Below are positions 32,487 to 44,982 of a stretch of DNA of 64,000 nt, one piece after another. The position numbers were made by a program, and so were the translations under genes. Origin of the DNA: Limnothrix sp. BL-A-16 (GTDB taxonomy: Bacteria; Cyanobacteriota; Cyanobacteriia; CACIAM-69d). Numbering within the stretch: the stretch's first letter is position 1; each line of letters opens with the position of its first letter. The stretch lies in contig CP166615.1 in NCBI GenBank assembly GCA_041937175.2, positions 1,664,001 to 1,728,000 on the forward strand. Reading direction: 5' to 3'. The notes below the pieces were generated by a model. That model did not search any database, had not been told where the DNA came from, and was given only the letters and a program-made list of their open reading frames with translations.

Positions 32487-33770
32487 ATGACTGCCATTCA
32501 AGCCCTACGCGGAACCAAAGACATTTTGCCGACCGAAATCGGCTATTGGCAGCATGTGGAAGCCACCGCCCGCCAAGTGCTGGGCCGCGCCGCATTTCGG
32601 GAAATTCGTACCCCCATCTTTGAGCAAACGGAGCTGTTTGCCCGGGGCATTGGGGAAGCAACGGATGTGGTGGGTAAGGAAATGTATACCTTCACTGATC
32701 GGGGCGATCGCTCCTTGACCCTGCGGCCGGAAGGCACGGCGGGCGCAGTACGGGCCTTTGTGGAGCACAAGCTCTTTGCGGCTGGCGGCCCCCAGCGACT
32801 GTGGTATTGCGGCCCCATGTTCCGGTACGAGCGGCCCCAGGCGGGTCGGCAGCGGCAGTTTCACCAAATTGGCGCGGAACTGTTGGGCAGTGGGGATGCG
32901 CGGGCGGATGTGGAAGCGATCGCGGTGGCCGTGGAGCTGCTGAATTGCTTGGGGTTGAAATCCTTGCGGATGTTGCTGAATTCCGTGGGCGATCGGGTCG
33001 ATCGCGCCACCTACCGGGCCCAACTGGTGGACTACCTCACCCCCTATTTTGCGGATTTGGATCCGGATTCCCAAGATCGCCTCAATCGCAATCCCCTGCG
33101 AATCTTGGATAGCAAAGTGGCCAAAACCCAGGAAATTTGCCGGGAAGCCCCCAGCATTTTAGATGCCCTCTCGCCCGAGTCGGCCGCACGGTTCGCCAAG
33201 GTGCAACAGGCCCTGACGGATTTGGGCATTGCTTATCAGGTGGATTCACGACTGGTGCGGGGATTGGACTACTACAGCCACACGGCCTTTGAAATCCAGT
33301 CCGATGACTTGGGCGCACAGGCCACCGTTTGCGGCGGTGGTCGCTACGATGGCTTGGTGAGCGAGCTGGGGGGCCCGGAAACGCCGGCCGTGGGCTGGGC
33401 GATCGGGATGGAACGGTTGATTTTGCTGTTGCAGCAGTTGCAACCCTTGACGGGCGATCGGGTGGATTTTTACGTGGTTTCCCGGGGCGAACAGGCGGAA
33501 CAACAGGCCTTAAAAGTGGCCCAAGTGCTGCGTCAGGGAGGCTTTGCGGTGGAAATGGACTTGAGCGCCAGTGCTTTTGGGAAGCAATTCAAACGGGCCG
33601 ATCGTGCGGGAGCCGCCGCTTGCGTCATTTTGGGTGATGCGGAGGCCGAAAACGGCACGGTGCAGCTCAAATGGCTGGCTTCTGGGAATCAGGAGGCGAT
33701 CGCCCAAACGGACTTGGCGGCCAAGGCTGAACAGCTTCGTCAGCAGATCACCCAGCAAATTTCCCAGTAA
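32487..33770 (+). CDS. hisS: Histidine--tRNA ligase
   Basis: RGTKDILP, LRPEGTAG, FRYERPQAGRQRQFHQ, LVRGLDYY, GGGRYDGL. Confidence 0.98.
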   Translation: MTAIQALRGTKDILPTEIGYWQHVEATARQVLGRAAFREIRTPIFEQTELFARGIGEATDVVGKEMYTFTDRGDRSLTLRPEGTAGAVRAFVEHKLFAAGGPQRLWYCGPMFRYERPQAGRQRQFHQIGAELLGSGDARADVEAIAVAVELLNCLGLKSLRMLLNSVGDRVDRATYRAQLVDYLTPYFADLDPDSQDRLNRNPLRILDSKVAKTQEICREAPSILDALSPESAARFAKVQQALTDLGIAYQVDSRLVRGLDYYSHTAFEIQSDDLGAQATVCGGGRYDGLVSELGGPETPAVGWAIGMERLILLLQQLQPLTGDRVDFYVVSRGEQAEQQALKVAQVLRQGGFAVEMDLSASAFGKQFKRADRAGAAACVILGDAEAENGTVQLKWLASGNQEAIAQTDLAAKAEQLRQQITQQISQ

Positions 33771-33833
33771 ATTCCCCAATAAATCTGCAAAAGCACTGCA
33801 ACTGAGCCAAATCAGTGCTTATGTCTGATCTGC

Positions 33834-34628
33834 TTATGGCTGATCTTCAGGGGTGCGATCGGGAATGCGAGCCGCCGTGCGCAGGATTTGGCCCGCCAGG
33901 ATCGCCGCCCCGAAGCCATTGTCAATGTTCACCACTCCCACGCCCGCCGCGCAGGAGTTGAGCATCGTCAGCAGCGGGGCCAATCCGTCGAAGTTGGCCC
34001 CATAGCCCACGCTGGTGGGCACGGCCACCACCGGCACATCCACCAGCCCCGCCACCACACTGGGCAAGGCCCCTTCCATCCCCGCCACCACAATCAACAC
34101 GTCCGCCTGGGCCAGGCGATCGCGGTGGGCAAACAGCCGATGAATGCCCGCAATGCCCACATCCCAGAGCCGATCGACCCGAAATCCCATTAACTCAGCG
34201 GTCACCGCCGCCTCTTCCGCCACGGGTAAATCAGCCGTCCCCGCCGACACCAGGGCGATCGTGCCGGGTCGAAGTGGGCGACGCAGGGCGGCCGGCGACT
34301 GCCAAGCACAAATCCTCGCCAAGGCGTGGTAGTACAAATCCGGCACGATCGCGGCAATTTGGTCATAGGCCGCGCGATCGACCCGCGTCGCCAAAATCAC
34401 CGACGCGCCCCGATCGCGCATCGCCAACATAATTGCTGCAATCTGCTCCGGGGTCTTGTTTTGGCCCCAAATCGCCTCCGGGAACCCCGTGCGCCGTTCC
34501 CGTTGCCAGTCCACCTTGGCAAACCCTTCCACCGCAAAAAAACCCTGGTCTTGCAGGTTGGCCATGGCCTGGTCAGGAGCCACCCGCCCTGCGGCGACCG
34601 CCTCCAGCAACCGTTTCAAGTCCTCCAT
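33834..34628 (-). CDS. larB: LarB/CpmA family (PurE-like) protein
   Basis: RRTGFPEAI, SAGTADLPVAEEA, DVGIAGIHRL, AGMEGAL, PTSVGYGA, VVNIDNGFGA. Confidence 0.92.
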   Translation of the reverse strand: MEDLKRLLEAVAAGRVAPDQAMANLQDQGFFAVEGFAKVDWQRERRTGFPEAIWGQNKTPEQIAAIMLAMRDRGASVILATRVDRAAYDQIAAIVPDLYYHALARICAWQSPAALRRPLRPGTIALVSAGTADLPVAEEAAVTAELMGFRVDRLWDVGIAGIHRLFAHRDRLAQADVLIVVAGMEGALPSVVAGLVDVPVVAVPTSVGYGANFDGLAPLLTMLNSCAAGVGVVNIDNGFGAAILAGQILRTAARIPDRTPEDQP

Positions 34629-34697
34629 GGGTTCGCCCTGCTCCATCCTTGCCTTAACGTTTCCCAAACTGCCCAGATTGTGCGGCCATCTTGGCTC

Positions 34698-35495
34698 CTA
34701 GAGATCCAGTTGCAAAATGGGCGATCGGGGATTGGCAATCGTTCTGGCGATCATTTCCGCCACCAATTCCGGTGCTTCCTGAATGCGTTGCCCCCCTTCC
34801 AGGGGCAAAAAAGCCTGTCGAGTGCGGGCCAGCCAAGCCGCGTGGGGCCCCTTGGCCGAACGCTCCCGATCGCGCCCGGTTTCGCGCACAGCCCGCAACG
34901 TCCAAACCGGACAAACCAGGCTATCCCAATTCTTCGTTTCCAGAATTTCGGCCCGAACCGTGCCCCATTCCAGATTGATCGGTAATTCAGGCGATCGAAC
35001 CGCTCGCTTCAGCAAGGATGGGGCCGCCGTTTGTCGCCTGCGACGGGGGGAACCCAACTGCGGCCACCGGAATCGTAATTGAGCGCCTTTCAGGGGTTGC
35101 TCCGGATCCACCAGCAACACCCCCAACACACGCTGGGGACGATAAAGGGCGTAGCTGATGGCAATCCAAGCGCCCAAGTCGGCTCCCAACAGCCACAGTC
35201 GATCAACCCGCAGCGCGTCCAACCACTCATCGATCGCCGCCAGCAACCCCGGCAACGACTCCCAGCGTGGCCGCCCCGACTCCCCCACTCCGGGCAAGTC
35301 CGGCGCAAGGCAATGGGTCGATCGCCCCAAGGCTTCCAAAAGTCCCTGCCATTGGCCGCCGTCATGGGCCGCCCCGTGCAAACAAACCACCGCCAGCGAG
35401 TTCGGCTTTCCCGCCTCTCGCCAAAACCAATCCCCTCGCGGCAGCCGCATTCGGGCATTACGCACCAGTTGAGCCGTTTCCTGGGGCTTAATCCA
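34698..35495 (-). CDS. Alpha/beta-fold hydrolase-like protein (start uncertain)
   Basis: VVCLHG, APDLPGVGES; nucleophile elbow reads GADLG. Confidence 0.7.
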   Translation of the reverse strand, partial: WIKPQETAQLVRNARMRLPRGDWFWREAGKPNSLAVVCLHGAAHDGGQWQGLLEALGRSTHCLAPDLPGVGESGRPRWESLPGLLAAIDEWLDALRVDRLWLLGADLGAWIAISYALYRPQRVLGVLLVDPEQPLKGAQLRFRWPQLGSPRRRRQTAAPSLLKRAVRSPELPINLEWGTVRAEILETKNWDSLVCPVWTLRAVRETGRDRERSAKGPHAAWLARTRQAFLPLEGGQRIQEAPELVAEMIARTIANPRSPILQLDL

Positions 35496-35967
35496 CAACG
35501 GCTTGGCCTCTGAAATAATCCTGGACTTGTCTCGCATGATCGTGCGCCAACAACATCCCCCCGATCGAACCTGGCGCAAACAAGCCCACTTCTGCGATTT
35601 CCAGTTGATCCACCGGGGCGATCGCCCCGGTTACCTGCACTTCCACGGAAATGTTCACGGCATGGATTCGAGGGTCGCGGTCAAATGCCGAATAAACCCC
35701 CACTAACCGCCCCACTGCCACAACGGTGAGGCCCGTTTCCTCCGCCAACTCACGGTGAATGGTCGAAGCGATCGTGTCGCCCCAATCCACCAAACCACCG
35801 GGCAGCGACCAAAGGCCGTTATCTCGCCGCTTCACCAGCACGAACCGGCCATCCGGCATCACCGGAATCATCGTCACACCCACCAGGGGATGGCGAAACA
35901 CCACACCCAGAACTGTTTTGACATAGCGCCAAACTTGGGCCCAAGGACGAAAACCGGTCACGGCCAA
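35488..35967 (-). CDS. NUDIX hydrolase
   Basis: LPGGLVDWGDTIASTIHRELAEETGL Nudix box. Confidence 0.92.
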   Translation of the reverse strand: MAVTGFRPWAQVWRYVKTVLGVVFRHPLVGVTMIPVMPDGRFVLVKRRDNGLWSLPGGLVDWGDTIASTIHRELAEETGLTVVAVGRLVGVYSAFDRDPRIHAVNISVEVQVTGAIAPVDQLEIAEVGLFAPGSIGGMLLAHDHARQVQDYFRGQAVVD

Positions 35968-35977
35968 ACTTCCCAGT

Positions 35978-36457
35978 TCATTCAGGGGATGCCAACGAGG
36001 TTGAGAGGTCAGCGAGAACCTGAGTTGGATGAATTTCAGGCTTCACTTTCCGATAGATTTGCTCAATCCTACCATCTACCCCAATAACGAAAGTCTGTCG
36101 GAAAACTCCGATATATTCTTTGCCCATGAATTTTTTCGGGCCATAGCTCTCATAGGCTGTGGCGACGGAACCGTCGAGATCACAGAGTAACGGAAAGGGA
36201 AGTGAAAATTTTTGAGTGAATTTCTGGTGAGCTTTTGCGTCATCTGTGCTGATACCCAGAATCACAGTGTTTGCTGCTTGAAATTCAGCGTGATGGTCGC
36301 GGAAACCGCAGGCCTCTTTGGTGCAACCGGGCGTGTTGTCCCGGGGATAAAAATAGAGCACCACCCGCTGGCCCCGCAGCGCCGACAGTTGCACAAGGTT
36401 GCCCTCGCCATCGGGCAAGGTGAAATCGGGGGCGAGATCGCCAACTGAAAGGGTCAT
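35978..36457 (-). CDS. bcp: Peroxiredoxin Q / thioredoxin-dependent thiol peroxidase
   Basis: YFYPRDNTPGCTKEAC. Confidence 0.95.
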   Translation of the reverse strand: MTLSVGDLAPDFTLPDGEGNLVQLSALRGQRVVLYFYPRDNTPGCTKEACGFRDHHAEFQAANTVILGISTDDAKAHQKFTQKFSLPFPLLCDLDGSVATAYESYGPKKFMGKEYIGVFRQTFVIGVDGRIEQIYRKVKPEIHPTQVLADLSTSLASPE

Positions 36458-36659
36458 AGGCCAAAAAACTCACTGCAAGATGGATTTGGAAGCAACGGAG
36501 CTGAACTCAACCTGAATTCAACCTGAATTCAACCGAAATTCAACCGAAATTCAAATAGCCAATTCCATCGCAAAACAGCAAAACCCGATCGAGTCAGGCC
36601 AATCCCACAGCAGGGCAGCACCTGAACGAGATCGGGTTGCCAATTCGTTCATCAAGCCT

Positions 36660-37995
<1,336 letters not shown>

Positions 37996-38239
37996 TCAGC
38001 TTGCCTGAAGGGGCTGCCGCACGACCCTTGGGCGATCGGGCGATCAATAGCAGCAGTCTATTCGGGCCATTTTTGTAAGCTTTCTAAAAAAACCATTAAA
38101 CTCTTTATGGCTATCCAGTTATACTTATCGGGTCACCATTGGGCCATGACGCGCCAATGCTGCATCGCCCTCGCCCACGGTTTGTTTGCGCCCAACCGCT
38201 TGTTGATTCTCCAACGCCATTGCTTGGCCCCCTTCTGGC

Positions 38240-38635
38240 ATGACTGATCAAGATTGCAACCCGCTGACCCCTGAAGTTTTGACCTCGATCGCTGACTACT
38301 TCAAGGTGCTTTCGGAAGTGAGCCGCTTGCAGATTTTGTGTTGTTTGCGATCGGGGCCCATGAACGTGATGGAACTGACGGAAGCAACGGGTTTCAGTCA
38401 AGCCAACTTGTCCAAACACCTGAAGATTATGACCCAGGCGGGCATCTTGTCTCGGCAGCCCAAGGGCGTTAGCGCCTATTACGAAGTGGCGGATCCCAAG
38501 GTGTTTGTGCTTTGTCAGAGTGTTTGCGATGGCATTGGCGATCGACTGCGGCAACAGGCTCAACAATTCCAATTGGGCCCGACGGGAATGGGCGATCGAG
38601 CAGGGCGATCGGCCGCCCAAAGCCACCCCGGATGA
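38240..38635 (+). CDS. ArsR/SmtB family transcriptional regulator
   Basis: FKVLSEVSRLQIL, SQANLSKHLK. Confidence 0.9.
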   Translation: MTDQDCNPLTPEVLTSIADYFKVLSEVSRLQILCCLRSGPMNVMELTEATGFSQANLSKHLKIMTQAGILSRQPKGVSAYYEVADPKVFVLCQSVCDGIGDRLRQQAQQFQLGPTGMGDRAGRSAAQSHPG

Positions 38636-38730
38636 TCGCGGCAATTGCGCCAGAGCAACTATTCAAGCGGCCATGAGTAGCGATTAAACAGGCCGTTAAC
38701 CGAATTCATCGATAGGAAATCACGGACTTT

Positions 38731-39450
38731 ATGGACGTGCAAGAACTGATTCAGCGCGGTGCAGCGGGTGAACAAAAATTCCATCTCATCCAAATGCGGG
38801 ATGTGGAATTAACCGCCATGAATTTCCAGGGCTTTGATTTTAAGCAAGCGGATTTTCGGCAAGCAAGATTAGGCAAAAGTAACCTCAGCCATTGCAATCT
38901 ACAACAGGCGGATCTCAGTGAATCCTTACTTTGGGGAACGAATTTACATGGAGCAAATTTGAGCGAGGCAACGCTGCGAGAGGCAGATTTAACGGGGGCA
39001 ATTTTGACGCAAACTTGCTTGAAGTTCGCCAACTTTTGCAAGGCAATTTTAAGCGGCGCGGATTTGGCGCGGGCAGATTTGCAAGGGGCCGTTTTATATG
39101 AAGCGGATTTTCGATCGACCCCCAATCACCACACCAATTTGCAGCACGCCAACTTTGCAGAAGCGGACTTGAGCTATGGCCAGCTCAGTGGGGCCCTGTT
39201 GCGCTATGTATCTTTGGAGGGGGCGAAGCTCTGTCGCGCCAATTTACGCCGTATTTCCGGCGCAACCCCTCTGATTACGGATCTAACCGGGGCCAATCTG
39301 AAGCGTGCTGACCTCAGCTATGCGGATCTGACGGGAGCGATTTTGCGGGATGCGGATTTGCGCGGGGCAGACTTGACAGGAACCCTGTTGGGACAAGCGG
39401 ATTTGCAGGGGGCAGCCCTACCGGATGGATTTGCGTTGCAGATGTCCTAG
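38731..39450 (+). CDS. Pentapeptide repeat protein
   Basis: Extensive A(D/N)L/F repeats. Confidence 0.9.
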   Translation: MDVQELIQRGAAGEQKFHLIQMRDVELTAMNFQGFDFKQADFRQARLGKSNLSHCNLQQADLSESLLWGTNLHGANLSEATLREADLTGAILTQTCLKFANFCKAILSGADLARADLQGAVLYEADFRSTPNHHTNLQHANFAEADLSYGQLSGALLRYVSLEGAKLCRANLRRISGATPLITDLTGANLKRADLSYADLTGAILRDADLRGADLTGTLLGQADLQGAALPDGFALQMS

Positions 39451-39568
39451 GGGCGATCGCCTGATCAGGTCAATAGCTCGATCGGCTCCCTATCGTTCTG
39501 GCTGTTAAAGCCGCTCAAGATTGCCACCCACTGCCAGCGCTCATCTTTCAGCTATTGCTTCGGGAAAA

Positions 39569-40654
39569 TTAGAGATCATCCGTTTCCTCGATCGCCTGGT
39601 GCTGCAATCGGCGAGAGGTGCGGCGAAATCGTTTGCTATTCAACCGGGGTTCCAGGGCTTCGCGCCCGTCCCGCTGGATTTTGCGCTTAAAGGAGCTTTC
39701 GGTTTGGCGTTGGCGCTCTTGGGCCGCTTCGTAGGCGATCGCCTCCTCAAGCAACTCCAGGTAGAAAGGATATCGTTCCCAGTCGCCACGCACGGCACAG
39801 TCCGGCTCATTGCGGTGGCGACAATCCCCATAGCGACAGGGGGCGATCGCCAACCGTTGCTGAATTTCGGGAAATAGGGCCGGAATGGCGGCGGGGCCAC
39901 AGGTCAGTTGAGGCTGGTTGAATCCCGGCGTATCCGCCAGCAGGCCGCCACCCGGCAGCTCAAATAGCTCCACGTGGCGGGTGGTGTGGCGGCCGCGGGC
40001 TAATTTGCCAGAAACGGCAGCCGTTCGCAGATCTGTGCCAATTAAGGCCCCGATCGTGCTGGATTTGCCAACGCCGGACGGGCCCGCCACAACGGTTGTT
40101 TGCCCCGAAAGGGCCGCGTGCAGGGTTTGAAGCCCCTGTTGTTGATAAACACTAATCAGCAATGGGTCATAGCCCCAACTTCGCAGCCGATCGCGCCATT
40201 GTTGGCAGTCCGCCGCCGACAGCAAATCCCGTTTGTTCAAACAAAGGGTGACGGCTAAGCCCGTAGACTCCGCTTTCGCTAAGAATCGACTCAGTTGATG
40301 GGGATCCAAGGCGGGTTCCGCCAGGGCAAACACCAACAACACCCGATCCACATTGGCCACGGGCGGCCGATCGAGCCAACTGCGACGGGGTAAGACTTCT
40401 TCGATCGCCCCCCGTTGGCCTTGCCAGTCCGGTTCCACCACCACCACTCGATCGCCCACGGCCACTTGCTGACCCACCTTTTTCAGGCGGGCCCGCCGCA
40501 AACACAGCAACCGTTGAGTGGCGCAGGTGTCGGGAATGGGGGAGCCAGGGTCAAGCTGCACCCAGTAATAGTTGGCTTGCACGGCCAACACCGTGCCCGT
40601 TAACCGCTCGATCGCGATCGGCTCTGGGGTGGGAGTCGTCGCTGGCCCGGTCAT
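39569..40654 (-). CDS. rsgA: Ribosome small subunit-dependent GTPase A
   Basis: NKRD, GPSGVGKSS, GRHTTR, DTPGF, CRYGDCRHRNEPDC Zn finger. Confidence 0.96.
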   Translation of the reverse strand: MTGPATTPTPEPIAIERLTGTVLAVQANYYWVQLDPGSPIPDTCATQRLLCLRRARLKKVGQQVAVGDRVVVVEPDWQGQRGAIEEVLPRRSWLDRPPVANVDRVLLVFALAEPALDPHQLSRFLAKAESTGLAVTLCLNKRDLLSAADCQQWRDRLRSWGYDPLLISVYQQQGLQTLHAALSGQTTVVAGPSGVGKSSTIGALIGTDLRTAAVSGKLARGRHTTRHVELFELPGGGLLADTPGFNQPQLTCGPAAIPALFPEIQQRLAIAPCRYGDCRHRNEPDCAVRGDWERYPFYLELLEEAIAYEAAQERQRQTESSFKRKIQRDGREALEPRLNSKRFRRTSRRLQHQAIEETDDL

Positions 40655-40935
40655 GACTCCGCAGCAGCAGCGGCCGGCTTGCGCACTTGCAGCACAAAGT
40701 GACCATCCGCCGCCTCGGGTTGGGGGCCCAAAAACTCGATCGCGTAGCCCGCCATGGTTAAACTATCGGGCACTTGCTCGATCGGCTCCCCCGCATCCAA
40801 CCACACCTCCAGTAGCGATCCAGCCGCCATCTGTTGCAGTTTCAACTTGGTGCGCACAAAGTTGATGGGGCAGGGTGTTCCCCGTAGATCAAGCCGTTCA
40901 TCCGGTTCCAGGGCGATCGCCGCCATCCTGTCCAC
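40651..40935 (-). CDS. tusA: TusA/SirA family sulfur carrier
   Basis: LDLRGTPCPINFVRTKL. Confidence 0.85.
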   Translation of the reverse strand: MDRMAAIALEPDERLDLRGTPCPINFVRTKLKLQQMAAGSLLEVWLDAGEPIEQVPDSLTMAGYAIEFLGPQPEAADGHFVLQVRKPAAAAAES

Positions 40936-40950
40936 TCCCCTTCAAATCCT

Positions 40951-42089
40951 CTAATGGAACAAATTACCTAAAAAACCGCGGCCCCCCTTATGGGTTGAGT
41001 CGCCACGCAGGGCCGCCAGCTTTTCGAGAATTTCCCGTTCCTCATTGCTGATCCGCGTGGGAATTTCAATTTGCACCGTAATCAGATGATCGCCCCGCTG
41101 GCTGGGGTTCCCCAGGCGAGGCACGCCCTTGCCTTCCAGGGTTAACACCGTGCTGGGTTGGGTTCCGGCCGGAATTTCCAGCGCCTCCGTGCCATCGATC
41201 GTTTCCACCTCGATCGTGGCCCCCAAAATAGCCTGCAAATAGCTCACGGACAGTTCCGACAGAATATTGATGCCATCCCGTTGGAACTGTTCTTCCTCAT
41301 TCACAAACAGGTAAACGTAAAGATCCCCAGGCGGGCCGCCGGCCTTGCCTGCGTCGCCTTCGTTGGAAACCCGCAGTCGCGTGCCGTTGTCTACCCCTGC
41401 CGGGATGGAGATTTTAAGCTTTTTGGTAACCTGTTTGGTGCCGCGGCCGCCGCAGTCGGTGCATTTGTCCTCAATCACCTGACCCGTACCGTTACAGGTC
41501 GGGCAAACGGACACTTGTGCAAAACTGCCGAAGGGCGTGCGGGTGGCTCGGCGCACCTGGCCCGAACCGCCACAGGTGCCACAGGTTTTGGGGCTGGTTC
41601 CCGGCTTGGCTCCAGAACCGTTGCAGGTGTTGCAGGTTTCCAGATGGCTAATCCGGATTTCCTTTTCCCCTCCAAAGATGGCTTCCTTGAAGTCCAGGCG
41701 CAAATCTAGGCGGAGATCATCCCCACGCACCGGCCCGCTGCGTCGTCGGCCACCCCCTGGCCCCCGACCCCGCCGGTTCCGGCAAACCCCCCAAAGAAGG
41801 TCTCGAAAATGTCGGCGAAGCCCCCCATATCGCCCACACCAAAATCGCTGAAGCCTGGCCCCCCGGCGGCTCCCGACACACCGGCTTCACCAAAGCGATC
41901 ATACCGGGCCCGCATTTCTGGCTCCGAGAGCACTTCGTAGGCTCGGTTAATTTCCTTAAACCGCTCTTCTGCCCCCGCCTCTTTGTTCACGTCGGGGTGA
42001 TACTTCCGAGCTAACCGACGGTAGGCTCGCTTAATTTCGTCCTTATCTGCGTCGCGAGATACGCCGAGAGTCTCGTAGTAATCAGCCAT
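40951..42089 (-). CDS. dnaJ: Chaperone DnaJ, split by a 1-nt frameshift near 41755 (probably sequencing error, otherwise pseudogene)
   Basis: J domain with HPD (41706..42089) and CxxCxGxG zinc-finger/C-terminal part (40951..41730) lie in different frames; one extra G in a Gly-codon G-run joins them. Confidence 0.9.
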
Positions 42090-42308
42090 AGCGCGATTTC
42101 AATCGGTGTGTGGGTGGTTAGGGGCAACTCCAACAGACGAAACTTAACAAAAGGGGGTGTAACGCTGCAACTGGCGAGGGGGCGTAATTGCCGTCTATGG
42201 ATCAGGGGGGTTACGAAGGCCCGTTTTTGCAGGTTGGCCTTGACGGTTGACTGTTGGAATAGGTCGGAGCTTGATCGGAAATTGATCGAGACTGGCGTGA
42301 TCGGGCGC

Positions 42309-44510
42309 TTAGTCCTCGATCGCCTCGTAGTCGGCCGCGATCGTGGAGTCATCGTATTCCGAATCGTCATCGTCCGGTAACTCAATGCCCAAATCCGTGA
42401 GGGCGATCGAGGCGATCGGGGACGGCGGATCCACACTCAATTCCGGCATCGCCAGGCTATTCCCATCCCCGTTGGCCAACAGGTTCACCGCAGGCGCAGC
42501 AGGGGTGACCGCCGGAACTGGGCTGGGGCTGGGGACGCTGACAGGCGCGGGACTGGCGGCCACGGGAGTCACGGGCGGCGGCGTGACCGGGGTGGGGGCA
42601 ATCGGGGGGGAGCTGAATGCTGAACTGGTCGGCCCCGTCACGGAAGGAGCGGGAGCGGGGGATGGGAATTGTGGGGAAGATGGGGGCTTGTTGGCAGCTT
42701 CCGAACTCTGATAAGCCCGTTTACCCACCGAGAGCAGGGATTCCTGAAGTGCATTGAACGCCGATTGCAAATCCTCAAAGCGTGCTTCTGGATCGCTATC
42801 CAATCGCCCAAGGGTGTCGGCCTGGGTTTTCAGCACTTGGCGCAACGAATCATCGATCAGATCGGCATTACTTTGGAGCGCCGATTCATAGCTATACATC
42901 AGGCCATCAATCTGGTTTTTCAGATCCACGCGCTGCCGTCGGCTGCGATCGAGATCTGCAAATCTTTCCGCATCCTGCCGCATCCGCTCCACTTCTTCCG
43001 TGGACAGGCCACCAGTATTGGTGATGCGAATACTTTGCCTTTGGCCCGTGCCCTTGTCCACGGCGGAGACCTTGAGGATCCCGTCAGCGTCGATTTCAAA
43101 GGAGACTTCGATTTGTGGCAGGCCGCGGGGGGCGGGGGGAATGCCGGTCAGCAGGAACCGGCCAAGGCTCTTGTTGTCGGCAACCATGGCCCGCTCCCCT
43201 TGGGCCACATGGATTTCCACGGAGGTTTGACCATCGATCGCGGTGGAAAAGACTTGCGATCGGCAGGTGGGAATCGGGGTGTTGCGATCGACAATCCGCG
43301 TAAACATGCCCCCCAGCGTTTCCAACCCCAAGGACAGGGGAGTCACATCTAGCAACAGCAGGTTTTGCACCTCGCCGCCCAAGACCCCCGCTTGGATGGC
43401 GGCCCCCAGGGCCACGGCCTCATCGGGGTTCACGGAGCGATCGGGCTGACGACCCGCAAACCGGGCACTGACAGCCTGTTGAACGGCGGGAATGCGGGTG
43501 GAACCACCGACCAAAATGATGCGATCGATCTGATCGGGCGAAAGACCCGAGTCCCGCATGGCTTGATCCACCGGGTCGAGCGTGGCCTGCACCAAGTGTG
43601 CCACCAGTTCTTCAAACTTGGTGCGGGTCAGCTCCATTTCCAAATTCTTCGGCCCCGTTTCGTCGGCGGTGATGAACGGCAGGTTCAGGGAGGTGGTGGG
43701 GGAGCCGGACAGTTCAATTTTGGCCCGCTCTGCCGCTTCTCGCAGGCGCTGGAGGGCCATCTTGTCTTCGAGCAGGTCAATGCCCTCGATCGCTTTGAAC
43801 TCTTCGATCGCCCAGCTAATGATGCAGTTATCAAAGTCATCGCCCCCCAGGTGGTTATTCCCGGCCGTGGCCTTCACTTCAAAAACCCCATCCCCCAGTT
43901 GCAGCACCGACACATCAAACGTGCCGCCGCCCAGGTCAAACACCAGCACCGCCCGATCGACATCCTGCTTATCCACGCCGTAGGCCAAAGCCGCCGCCGT
44001 TGGTTCATTCACGATCCGCAGCACTTCCAGCCCCGCAATCTGGCCCGCGTCTTTCGTGGCCTGGCGCTGGGCATCGGTGAAATAGGCAGGAACCGTAATC
44101 ACCGCTTGGGTGACCGCCTCCCCCAGGTAGGACTCCGCGTCCTGCTTCAGCTTGTTCAGCACCATGGCAGAAATCTGCTGGGGCGTGTAGGACTGGTCGC
44201 GAATTTTCACATCCACGGTCTCATCCCGTCCGGCCACGCAGGTGTAGGGCATGACGCGCCGCTCGGAATCGGTTTCGTTCCAGCGACGACCGATAAAGCG
44301 CTTAATGCTGAAAACCGTATTTTCGGCGTTGGTGACCGCTTGCCGTTTCGCCATTTCCCCTACAAGTCGTTCGCCTCCCTTGCCAAACCCGACGATGCTG
44401 GGCGTGGTGCGGGCCCCCTCCGAGTTGGGAATGACGATCGCTTGGCCGCCTTCCAGAACGGCGACGCAGCTATTGGTTGTGCCAAGATCGATCCCGATAA
44501 CTTTTCCCAT
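42309..44510 (-). CDS. dnaK: Chaperone DnaK with long Pro-rich, acidic C-terminal tail
   Basis: [38 protein letters not shown]. Confidence 0.97.
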   Translation of the reverse strand: MGKVIGIDLGTTNSCVAVLEGGQAIVIPNSEGARTTPSIVGFGKGGERLVGEMAKRQAVTNAENTVFSIKRFIGRRWNETDSERRVMPYTCVAGRDETVDVKIRDQSYTPQQISAMVLNKLKQDAESYLGEAVTQAVITVPAYFTDAQRQATKDAGQIAGLEVLRIVNEPTAAALAYGVDKQDVDRAVLVFDLGGGTFDVSVLQLGDGVFEVKATAGNNHLGGDDFDNCIISWAIEEFKAIEGIDLLEDKMALQRLREAAERAKIELSGSPTTSLNLPFITADETGPKNLEMELTRTKFEELVAHLVQATLDPVDQAMRDSGLSPDQIDRIILVGGSTRIPAVQQAVSARFAGRQPDRSVNPDEAVALGAAIQAGVLGGEVQNLLLLDVTPLSLGLETLGGMFTRIVDRNTPIPTCRSQVFSTAIDGQTSVEIHVAQGERAMVADNKSLGRFLLTGIPPAPRGLPQIEVSFEIDADGILKVSAVDKGTGQRQSIRITNTGGLSTEEVERMRQDAERFADLDRSRRQRVDLKNQIDGLMYSYESALQSNADLIDDSLRQVLKTQADTLGRLDSDPEARFEDLQSAFNALQESLLSVGKRAYQSSEAANKPPSSPQFPSPAPAPSVTGPTSSAFSSPPIAPTPVTPPPVTPVAASPAPVSVPSPSPVPAVTPAAPAVNLLANGDGNSLAMPELSVDPPSPIASIALTDLGIELPDDDDSEYDDSTIAADYEAIED

Positions 44511-44982
44511 AGTTTTCAACTCAATGGCAGCAGCGGTTCGATCATCCCCAATAATTGCAAGATTGATCGATACCTGATCAATACCCAGGCAGTTTCCATC
44601 GGCCTTCATATTGACCGGTTTTTGGAACAAACGCACCGCAACCAGGCGATGGATGGTTCAAAACTCAATTTCTAGAACTTAAATTTTTAGAACTTAACTT
44701 TCTAGAACTCAAATTTTTGAGAACCCCAACGGTCAGAACCCAAATTTCTAGAACAAGCTGCTAGAACGAATTGCCAGGTAGAGTCAATGACGAAGCTAGG
44801 CTGAAGAGGAGGCCACCACATCAGCACTGAACCCGGAACCATACCCAGAGTCGTTGGGCCAGGGCCTGGGACGATCGATTCACCGATCACTAACCGATCA
44901 CCGAGGCGATCGCCCCATGGCCATCGCTGAATCATCATTGACCCCGGGCCCAACGGGTGCGCCATTGCTCATCCGGCGGCCC

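Noticed and set aside
31755..36555. Short degenerate tandem repeats (GATCTGT/ATTGATC at ~31760-31860, AACCTGAATTC at ~36505-36553; also CTAGAAC at ~44670-44770)
   Set aside because: Ordinary short intergenic tandem repeats typical of filamentous cyanobacteria; no spacer structure.
43365..44675. Long antisense ORFs opposite dnaK (also opposite hemL, sucD and the deoxyhypusine synthase-like gene)
   Set aside because: Shadow ORFs caused by GC-rich codon bias; no recognisable motifs.
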